A stretch of DNA of 64,000 bases from Octopus sinensis (lineage: Eukaryota), in the NCBI RefSeq assembly GCF_006345805.1, contig NW_021832850.1, positions 1 to 64,000 of the forward strand. The letters are read 5' to 3'. The position numbers and the translations under genes are program-made. A model generated the notes under the pieces. The model was not told the DNA's origin. It did no database searches and saw only the letters and a list, made by a program, of their open reading frames with translations. Positions 35,552 through 46,123 of the stretch are shown one piece after another. Numbering within the stretch: the stretch's first letter is position 1; each line of letters starts with the position of its first letter.

Positions 35552-37278
35552 CAACAGGCGTATCGATTGAGGACCCTTATCAACAGAGTCAATTATTTGC
35601 CGAGGCTTTTTCAACTATTTTCAAACAAGATGATGGTCGTGAACCCCCTCCATTTGATAGATCGGTACCTCCAATGCTTCGATTGATCATCACGCGGGAC
35701 CAAGTCAAACGTGTTATTCAAGGCCTCGATGTCAACAAGGGTCACGGCCCTGACGGCATACACCCACGGGTTATCAAAGCGTTGGCTCCGGTCATCTGCG
35801 AGCCCTTAACACGACTATTCAATATGTCATTGGCGACGGTGTTATACCTGCAGACTGGAGAACAGCGATAATCTGCCCAATTTTCAAGAAAGGGAGCCGC
35901 GAAGACCCGCTTAACTACCGACCGGTTTCCCTTACATCAATAATCAGCAAGATGTTCGAAACCATCCTTAAGAAACGTATGATGCTCCACCTCCTAAGCA
36001 CAGCCTCGATCACTGATTCCCAACACGGCTTCGTGCAGAAGAGATCATGCTTGACCAACTTACTAGTAATGGAAGAATTGGTGACGCGCATCCTCGATGA
36101 TAGTGATGCTGTTGACATCGTTTTATTGGACTTTGCCAAAGCTTTTGACTCGGTAAACCACCGCCTACTACTTGTCAAGCTTCAAGCATATAGTTTCCAT
36201 CCGGATATTGTACGATGGGTTGGTGCCTTCCTCTCAGATCGCTCCTTCCAAGTTCAAGTTAATGGTTCGCGGTCCGACGTCTCCAGTGCGAGCAGTGGCG
36301 TGCCTCAAGGTTCAGTGCTTGGGCCCTTGTTGTTCTTAGTCTTCATAAATGACTTGCCCGACGACCTCACGCAACACACCCTTCTATTTTCCGACGATAT
36401 CAAACTGGTCGCTCCTCGCGGTAGTATAGAGGATCTTCGTCGATGCCTCCACCAAATTTGGAAGTGGTCTAACGATTGGGACCTGTGTCTGAACGTGTCA
36501 ATGTGCTGTCATCTGCCTGTTGGCTCTACTCCTACAACTCAACTTGATTTCGAGCCGGGTCGTCTGCTGCTGGAGAGGACCGATCAGGTAAAGGACCTGG
36601 GTATCTTGGTGGATTCCTCCTTTTCGCCTTCGGCCCAGTGCGTCCATGCTGCCAACAAAGCGCGCGGAATTCTGTTTTTGATTCGACGGTCATTCGGAGT
36701 GCTCACAGCAGCCATATTCCTGCCACTCTATGTCACGCTGGTGAGACCCATATTGGAGTATGGGATTCAAGCCTCTTCTCCTTATCTCCTCAAAGACATA
36801 CAGCACCTCGAAAGAGTCCAGAGGCTGGCTACCCGCCTGGTTCATGGTCTCAAAAATTTGTCCTACGGAGAAAGGCTGAGGACGCTCGACCTTTATTCTC
36901 TTGAAAAACGCCGCCGCCGTGGTGATCTCATTCTCGCCCACAACATCATAAGCGGGAAGTGTAACCTCTCGAAAGAGCTGTTCTTCACTCCTGCTCCGGA
37001 GCGTCGGCTGCGGGGTCATTCCGAAAAGCTCTACCTGCGACGATTTCATCTCGATCGAAGGAGAGGAGCTTTCTCCGTCCGGGTTGCGGATCCGTGGAAC
37101 AAGCTGCCAGATGAGATGGTGAAGATGCCGACGACCGCTTTGTTCAAAGCCTCCCTGGACCTCAAGTGGCCTGAACTCTTTACATGAACACCACCCTGTA
37201 CTTAACTCCATGTCCCCCTACATGGCCTTGCTATTTGCTTTTGAGCCAAATTAACTAACTAACTAACTAACTAACTAA
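35552..37278 (+). mobile_element. 5'-truncated CR1-group LINE (RT domain, 3' UTR, (TAAC)n tail)
   Basis: GPDGIHP, NYRPVSL, QHGF...RSCLTNL, LDFAKAFDSV, GVPQGSVLGPLLF, FSDDIKL, DLG, W-N-L C-terminus; one frameshift near 35840; 3' UTR hairpin ccatgt-ccccct-acatgg. Confidence 0.93.
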
Positions 37279-37431
37279 AGGAATCCAACGTTAAACTAGC
37301 ATCTGCTTGGCAACAGAAATAATACAAAATCACTTGGAAAAAAATAAAAGGTAAACCCTTGCAGTAAGTTAAGTCAGATTAACAAACAAAACCGTTCATA
37401 CCTATCTAACAACGGCAAATGTCAAGTCCTT

Positions 37432-37479
<48 letters not shown>

Positions 37480-38862
37480 TGATAGAAATGGTAAGACAAC
37501 AAAAGAAAGAAAGAGACCTCTATATTATGTAAATACAGGAATTTATCTGTGAATGAAATATGTGACATGTATTCGGTAGCTATGATAAAACTCCGAGTTT
37601 TATCATGGCTGCCGAATAATTGCCAATGACTAAGATTCTAGAAAATTAATAATTGTCTGAACAGAGTGATAGGCAACATACACTTAGGAGAAAGTGAAAG
37701 CGTGAAAGAGAAAAAGAGAGGTTGTGTGCAAGAATGAAAGAGAGAGAAAAAGAGAAAGAGGGAGTGAAAGTGAGAGAGAGAAAGAAGAAGAAAACCTCCA
37801 TAAAACAATGGTTCCCAAGCTGACAAATATCACACCTTTGCAAATAAGAAGTGACATTTGTTATTGCCAAGGCCTTTACGATAGGCTTTACATCCCAAAA
37901 TTGTTTCGTTCTTCCAAATTTAAAACTATATTAATTTCATTCGGCATGATTATTTGTCTGACCCCGTTCTAATCCTCAAACACACACACACAAGTTAAAA
38001 TAACGTATAGTAAGTAAATGCAAAAACGTAAAACTGACACTGGATGGCAAGTTAAGAAACAGTAAATGCGCAGACGAACAGAAACAGACACAGAAGGTCC
38101 CCAACTCGTCATCAGTTATCGGCCAGAGTGTCAAACGCAATTTCGTGCCTGCTTTTGTATGATTGCATATAGAAGAATATAACAATCAATGAAATTCCAA
38201 CCTAGTCTGATTCTCACGGTTTATTATTTGCAATATTATAATAATAGAATATTATATATTTGTTGTGATAAAACTAGTACTTTCATGCGTTACGCAAACA
38301 TCAGGTTTATTGAGTAGTTGTGACAGTCGTGTTCCACAATTGACAACTCTAGTGAAATTATTGAATTTGTCCTTTAAATACCTTCCGATTGGTTCCAGCA
38401 GGTTGAATCTTACAAACTGCATTTTGATTAATCAGTATGTAGCTTAGATGTCATAGTTTGGTGAGCGCGCCAATTAAATTCTAACTGTATTTCGACCAGT
38501 CAGTATTTGACTCAGATTTCATGGTTTGGTAACTTGGTTAGCATATGTCCCGCTTTTTACAACGAAATATTTTAACCAATTGGTGAGCGGGTTAGACGTC
38601 ACGGCTTGGTGGGCACGTCGGGGTTATACGTCACGGCTTGATGGGCACTAATAGTGTTAATAAAGAATACCAAACAAGTTCCCTATGGATATCGTATTTA
38701 TTACAAGGGGCTTGTAAACATGTCTAACGAGCGAAAGCGAGTTAGACACGTTTACAAGCCACGAATTGTAATAAAAACGGTATCCATAGGGAATGAGTTT
38801 GGTATTTTATTTATTACACACGAATAAACGACCATATTTTATTAATCCAATAACTAAATTCT

Positions 38863-39192
38863 TCACATCGTGTTGAAGCGCGTATGAATACAGCTTGGTT
38901 GAAATTCAAGTTCATTATTGCTCTCATCAAAGAAATCGTCACGTAGAAGTTCGTTGTACACCTCATCAGGGATGTTAGATCTAGGGTTCGATGACAATCC
39001 ACTCGTCGGTGACACTGTTTCAGGTACCTTTGTTAACCTGTATCCAGCAACATGTTGAACTTGGCCAGTATTGATCTTCACTTTGAACATTCTGTATGTT
39101 CCAAGAGGTTGAACAACAGATAACACTCTTCCCCCATCTTTACCATCAATTTTAACAAAATCATTCACCTTGATATCGACAACAGTAGCCAT
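38863..39192 (-). CDS. Hypothetical 109-aa ORF (MATVVDIKVNDFVKIDGK...RFNTM), possibly a transposon-derived N-terminus
   Basis: Non-repetitive, protein-like composition; aacaagATGg start context; beta-rich N-terminal half followed by an acidic segment. No recognisable catalytic motif. Confidence 0.4.
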   Translation of the reverse strand: MATVVDIKVNDFVKIDGKDGGRVLSVVQPLGTYRMFKVKINTGQVQHVAGYRLTKVPETVSPTSGLSSNPRSNIPDEVYNELLRDDFFDESNNELEFQPSCIHTRFNTM

Positions 39193-39989
39193 CTTGTTGA
39201 TAGATCTACCTGCACTGCAAGAGTATCGACGAGCAGACGAAATATGTTGTGATGTTTTTGGCAACAAAAAATTGAATTACCACCAGAAATGTTTATATTT
39301 TATGTGTATATGACTTTAAGTGATATCTGGTATAAAAAAGATAGTATGTTTGTTTAATTACATGGCTACATTCTACCTGCTCGTGAAAGTAATGAATGAA
39401 GTTTAGTTGTAATTTATGAATGACAAAAGTAGTGCCGTCACCGTGACCTCGGGTCATCACCATGGATTGACCAATCAGAAGCAGCGCTCGCAGTATCTGA
39501 CATATGTTAGATACAAAAAATATCTCAAAGTGTTCTCACTCACATGTGTGTAATAAACTATATAAATATTAACTTGACTGAACCTTGACCGCACCTAAAA
39601 ACGAAATTTTATGTTTCAGTGAAGTTAATATTAATATAGTTAACACTATCAGCATCGTCTCCGTCACCTTTATTATTGCTGCTGTTAGCGGTGGTTGTGG
39701 TGGGAGTAATAGTAGCAGCAGTAGTAGCAATTATCATTATCATGGCCATAATTATTTCATGTTCTCTCGAAAGTTCACAAAATTCATACATACACACACT
39801 GCGTCTGTTATGTATGGATGTGTGTCTTCATATGTGCACCTGTGTGAAGTGAGGTATGTGTGTGTATATGGTCACGTGTTTCTGTCTTCATTTGCTGGAG
39901 TACGTGTGTATGTGTGCGTGTCTGTTCATATTACCTATGTACCTATCTATCTGTATGTCGATCTGTTTACATTCATATCTATTTACCTA

Positions 39990-40002
39990 CATACATATAT
40001 GC

Positions 40003-40033
<31 letters not shown>

Positions 40034-40546
40034 TGTATGTATGTATGTATGTATGTATGTACGTATGTATGTATGTATGTATGTATGTACGTACGTACGT
40101 ACGTATGTATGTATGTATGTTTGTCATTAATCAGTTTTATTTCAGGATTTCTTTCGAATAGAGAAACAGCCGGATTCCAACCTTGATTCAGAGCTTCCTT
40201 GGAATTTCAATATCAACAAGGTTGTGTGTGTATGTATGTATGTATGTATGTATGTGTGTATGTATGTGTGTATGTATGTATGTATGTATGTACGTATGTA
40301 TGTATGTATGTGTGTATGTGTGTATGTGTTTATGTATGTATGTATGTATGTGTGTATGTATGTATGTGTATATGTATGCATGTATGTGTGTGTATGTATG
40401 TATGTATGTATGTATGTATGTATGTATATATGTATGTATGTATGTATGTGTGTGTGTGTGTGTGCATGTATCTGCATTGTTCTAACTTAAAGCCAAGGAA
40501 CCGTCACTGGAATTTTAACATTACCAACGGGTTTTTTGCATGTATG

Positions 40547-40613
<67 letters not shown>

Positions 40614-40930
40614 ATATTTGCATGTATGTTCGTATGTGTGAATACGTGCAGATTTGTATATTTGGTTTTATGTATGTTTTCTCTTGCATATTGTTGCATA
40701 TCTAGACATGTTCATATATATTTAAATGATAGACTTTTGGAAAGTTTTACAGATATTTAGAGTTCTAGTGACCGGTTGGATATGTAGTCTTCGAATTAGT
40801 CTTTTCTTTTTATATATATATATATATATATATATTTGTGTGTGTGTGTGTGGTGTGTGTGTGCGCATGTATGTATGCGTGTGTATGTGTATAGATATAC
40901 ACACACACATATATATATATATGTATTTTA
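39990..40930. repeat. Long compound (TATG)/(TG)/(TA) microsatellite region
   Basis: Directly visible. Confidence 0.95.
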
Positions 40931-43390
40931 TGTGTGTGTGCATGTATAGATACGGTAGTAGCGAATACTTAGCGAGTCAAAGTTAAGCACCGCATTTTGA
41001 GGATAGGTATATTCTGACTCAGTAATGGATAGACTATCTGTTTAATCTATCAATCAATCTATCTATATTAAAGTTGTACACATACACATATACACACACA
41101 CACACATAATGTACCCACACGCGCTCAACCGTTTGTACGTATACATTATACATGGAAAGTGAATTGAACAGTTGCCGTGTGTCCTTTAAATCGCTAAACT
41201 GGCTGTACACTGGAACGGCTACACATTCAAACAGATCAATCAGTGATGAGACTGGAAATGATATTTATTTGAAGCTAAGGCGGTAGGCTGGCAGAAACCC
41301 TTACACGCCGGTCGAAATGCTTAGCAGTATTTCGTGTCTTTACTTTCTGAGTTCAAATTCCACACAGATTGACTTTGCTTTTCCTCCTTTCGGGATCTAT
41401 AAATTATGTGCTTATTGCGTACTGGAGTCAATCTAATCGACTGTCCCTCTCGCCTTAAATTCCGGTCCTTATGCCTAGACTATAAAAGAATATTTATTTC
41501 AAACTTTGGCACAAGGCCACCAAGTTCGGGTGAGGAGGGTTAAATCGATTACTTCTACCACAATACTCAAGTGGTACTTGTTTTATTGACCACGAAAAGA
41601 TAAAAGCAAACTGAAATTTGGGCGGAATTTGAACTTAGAATGGTAATGACGGGGGAAATGCCGCTAAGCATTTTGCCTTGTGTGCCTTGTGTGCTAAGCA
41701 TTTTGCCTTGTGTGCTCGCCGCCCTTATGCAGGCACATAATAGTGGTAAAACTATTGAAAGATTATACTACTATATACTACTAGACTTGAATATCTGGGT
41801 AAGTGAGCGCTCTAAGTGTTTCTAAAGTATTGTGCTTTCCATATAAGTTACATTGAGTGACACTCCCTTCACCAATTGTCAAATGGCGATAGTAGTAACT
41901 CTGATGGCTTCCGATATACGTCGCTGCAGCCTACATTTATATTAGTAGATAATAATCGGAATGTTTTGGCCTTCTTTTCAGAACACTCCCCTCTTACTGT
42001 TGTTCGTGCAATCACCAAGCACACACACACACACGCACACAGGCGAGCACACACAAACTCTCTCTCTCTCTCTCTTTGTTTCTCACACACCAGTCAAAGA
42101 GAGATCCTTTACACAATCGCATGTTTTTCAAGAAATTGCAGCTTGCTCTCCTTGAAACGAGAATCTATTTTTTCTAACAAGTAGGAAGAAGACCAGAAAA
42201 TTTAATCTATTGTAACCTATGATTACTGAACATACGGGATGGGTATAACTGGAATTCCTTTCTTGATAGGTCATGTATACATACATACATACAGACAGAC
42301 AGCAGACACACACATATATGCATACAAACGCCAAATGCTTGATGCACAGAAGGTATCAACCAAATACCTGATGCACAAAAGGGATACAGATGCTGAGAAG
42401 ACAATAAAATGTGACAATAGGCTGCAGCGACGTATATCGGAAGCCATCAGAGTTACTACTATCTCCATTTGACAATTGGTGAAAGGGGTGTCACTCAATG
42501 TAACTTATATGGAAAGCACAATACTTTAGAAACACTTAGAGCGCTCACTTACCCAGATATTCAAGTCTAGTAGTATATAGTAGTATAATCTTTCAATAGT
42601 TTTACCACTATTATGTGCCTGCATAAGGGCGGCGAGCACACAAGGCAAAATGCTTAGCGGCATTTCCCCCGTCATTACCATTCTAAGTTCAAATTCCGCC
42701 CAAAGTTCAGTTTGCGTTTATCTTTTCGTGGTCAATAAAACAAGTACCAGTTGAGAATTATGGTAGAAGTAATCGATTTAACCTCCTCACCCGAACTTGG
42801 TGGCCTTGTGCCAAAGTTTGAAATAAATATTCTTTTATACTCTAGGCACAAGGACCGAAATTTGAGGTGAGAAGGCCAGTCGATTAGATTGACCCCAGTA
42901 CGCAATAGGCACATAATTTATAGATCCCGAAAGGAGGAAAAGCAAAGTCAACCTGTGCGGAATTTGAACTCAGAACGTAAAGACGCGAAATACTGCTAAG
43001 CATTTCGCCCGGCGTGTAAGGGTTTCTGCCAGCCTACCGCCTTAGCTTCAAATAAATATCATTTCCAGTCTCATCACTGATTGATCTGTTTGAATGTGTA
43101 GGCGTTCCAGTGTACAGCCAGTTTAGCGATTTAAAGGACACACGGCAACTGTTCAATTCACTTTCCATGTATAATGTATACGTGCAAACGGTCGAGCGCG
43201 TGTGTGTGCATTATGTGTGTGTGTGTGTGTATGTGTATGTGTACAACTTTAATATAGATAGATTGATTGATAGATTAAACAGATAGTCTATCCATTACTG
43301 AGTCAGAATATACCTATCCTCAAAATGCGGTGCTTAACTTTGACTCGCTAAGTATTCGCTACTACCGTATCTATACATGCACACACACAC
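40931..43390. repeat. ~1 kb inverted repeat: arms ~40931-41933 and 42418-43390, spacer ~484 bp
   Basis: tagatacggtagtagcgaatacttagcg (40947) is the exact reverse complement of cgctaagtattcgctactaccgtatcta (43346); collinear matches continue inward to tcgctgcagccta/taggctgcagcga. Confidence 0.95.
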
Positions 43391-43402
43391 ACACACACAC
43401 AC

Positions 43403-43444
<42 letters not shown>

Positions 43445-43466
<22 letters not shown>

Positions 43467-43960
43467 TCTAGTTGTGTGAGTGTCTGTCCCCTTCGATTTA
43501 GATTCCTAACTACTCCCACATTTTGCGGTGCAGTTTAACCAAATTCGGGTATCTTATAGTCGTGATTCATATCGAGCCCGTCTGAGTATTAGCGCGCGTC
43601 TACGATGAGTCTACGATTTAAAAAATAATTTAACATCATTTTTCATTCCATTTTAATGCATAATTTTTCGTGTGTCGATGGCGGCGGAGTTGGCGTCCAT
43701 GGTCACACCTGCACCTGTTTGCTTCTCCCCCTTCCCTCCCTCGTGAAGCTGTGGGGAAGGGAGTTTAAGGAAATCAACGTCGTAATGCGTTGTCAAGGAG
43801 ACCAGCGTTCTTTTAGAACAACGACTTCATGGCTTGAAGACACCAAAACAGAAATGGCTAAGAAAGCCCGAATTGGCATCTATAAGGGAAGTAACTCTCT
43901 AAAAATGCTTATATAGTTATTTCCCTTACAAACCCGAGCAACGCCGGGCGATACTGCTAG
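43445..43960 (+). mobile_element. Non-autonomous Helitron-like element
   Basis: 5' end tatatataaaactc within (TA)n; 3' GC hairpin cccgagcaacgccggg 8 nt before CTAG followed by T; no TSD or TIR. The 5' TC is not visible. Confidence 0.7.
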
Positions 43961-44005
<45 letters not shown>

Positions 44006-44006
<1 letters not shown>

Positions 44007-46120
44007 TTCTCAATGTGCTCACTAAAAGGTATCATTCTGTATTCTGGGAATGCAATCTGTTGTCGATGCAGTGTGCATCTTTTTAAGTGATTTAGGTTGT
44101 TTGTAGCTTTTAATGATTTGGTGTATGTTTAGAATTACCTTTAATTGGGGTCCTTATGAAGTATTGGTAAATTCTGGGTGATGATGGTGAAGGCTTCTTT
44201 GTTTCTGGGGTTGAATGTAGATATGTAAGCTAGTATTTTCGGGGTAGGTGTGTTGTTGTGTTGAACTTTTCCTAAAGTTTCTATGTTGATTTCTGTTGCA
44301 CGTCTGATCCCATCCTCTATGAGTTGAGCTGGGTAATGTCTATCAATTAGGGTGTTTTTGAGTTCTTGCAGTCTAAAGTTCCTGGTATTTTGTTCTGACA
44401 CTATTGTGCATAAGGACCCCAAATTAAAGGAAATTCTAAACATACACCAAATCATTAAAAGCCACAAACAACCTAAATCACTTAAAAAGATTCTCACAAA
44501 GGCAAAATTGTCTTCTGAAATTACGGATGCAAAAGTAAAAAAATGTGGTAGATCGAACTGTGCAACATGTCCAAACCTGCTAGAAGGATCAGAATTCCTC
44601 TTTAAAGAGGGACAGATATTCAAGATCAAATCTAACTTTACTTGTGCCTCTGAAAACATAATTTATGTCATAAAATGCTCGGACTGCACCAAGACTACGT
44701 GGGATCCACGGGACTATCACTTAGACGTAGATGCACACTGCATCGACAACAGATTGCATTCCCAGAATACAGAATGATACCTTTTAGTGAGCGCATTGAG
44801 AAATGCGCAAAGCAACTACTACCACAATTTTTAATCTTTCCATTTTACCAATGTGCTATCGGATCATCAACACAAATTAGACTAAACAAGGAAACATCTT
44901 CATTGAAAAGTACAAGCCCAGACTTAACCATCCCAACATACTGATACAGAGAAATTCACACCAAGGGAAAGGAAAAAAAATTTAAGCGATTATCTCCCTT
45001 ACACCGGAAGAAATCACTCATTACCTCCCCTTATTTAGAACTCTTTTGAACATAAACATACCGATAACTCTATTCAACATAAACATAACGTCGCAAGAAA
45101 TTTGAAAAGCTAAACGCGAAACCGGTCTTTCTTCTAAATTATGCCATTATAAGAGAAAAAATTTTTTTAATATTCTTCAGACATATTGACGCAAATATAT
45201 ATTTTTTAACATTTAAGCCTTCTGTAGTTTTTTCACTTTTTACTATTTTCTATATATTCAACCACGTGCTTTCACAAACAAACTTTCTTATCTATATATT
45301 AAACACGTGAGACCGAAAATGCCACAGAAGACCAACACCTCGGATAAAAATACAAATGAGGACATACTCAAAGAACTGAAAAGTATTAATACACAGCTCA
45401 TTACCCCGAACAACAAAATCGAGGAATCAAACCTACTCTCCCGGGAAAGTAAAAGCAATGAAGATACAACTCGCTACACTGACCAGGTTAGTAAGGATTT
45501 GCAACTGTTATACACAACACTAAATTCAATTTTCATCAACAAATCCGAAAATAATAAACACACACCAAATGAAACACAGCAGGACATCATACGCACCCAA
45601 ATTAACCCAGCAAAAAGAAAAATAGGAAACATTTGGAATACAAACCTGCACAACAGAAAACTCGCCTTCTGGAACATGATAACAAATTCCAACAAAGCAG
45701 ATATATACGAGGGATGGATGAACTCAACACCAATTATCCTCCCACGCAAATTCCAGAAAAAATTAATTCCTAACGAGCCTGACGGACAGAGAACTATTAG
45801 GGAAAAGTCAGCTCTGTTCAATTTAAGATCAGAAATAGAGCTTCTAAGACTAAGGGCCTCCACAAATGAGGAAACATTTAAAAGCATTGACGAGGAGATG
45901 CACAATATAATACAGAAACATACCGAGGGACAACCCCTCTAAAATACATTAGATCATTAGAAGGATACCTGTGAAAAAGAAGAGAGAAATTCTCTCCTGC
46001 GCTGGGAGAAAAACATGGATTTCTTCCAAAAATATAGTTCAACTTTCAAAAATGAATTGGGTACAAATAATCCCTTCCTTAAGAAAATTACAAAACATAA
46101 AAAAGAAAAACCAAACAACA
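44006..46120 (+). mobile_element. Penelope-like element: inverted RT-thumb piece (44006-44410, minus), GIY-YIG end + pseudo-LTR (44409-45310), ORF N-terminus (45307-46120)
   Basis: CGRSNCATC, IYVIKC...YVGSTG...RR (GIY-YIG with Zn motif); CTIVSE...RLQELK...RHYP thumb; stops and frameshifts. Confidence 0.85.
45095..45133 (+). ncRNA. Degenerate minimal hammerhead-ribozyme-like motif in the PLE pseudo-LTR
   Basis: aagaaa-tTTGAAAA-gc(taaac)gc-GAAA-ccgg-TC-tttctt: stems I, II and palindromic III are present, but the core deviates from CUGANGA. Confidence 0.4.
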
Positions 46121-46123
46121 GGA

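Noticed and set aside
36638-37211. Overlapping alternative-frame and antisense ORFs within the CR1 elements (also 46139-48979)
   Set aside because: Shadow ORFs of GC-richer LINE coding sequence.
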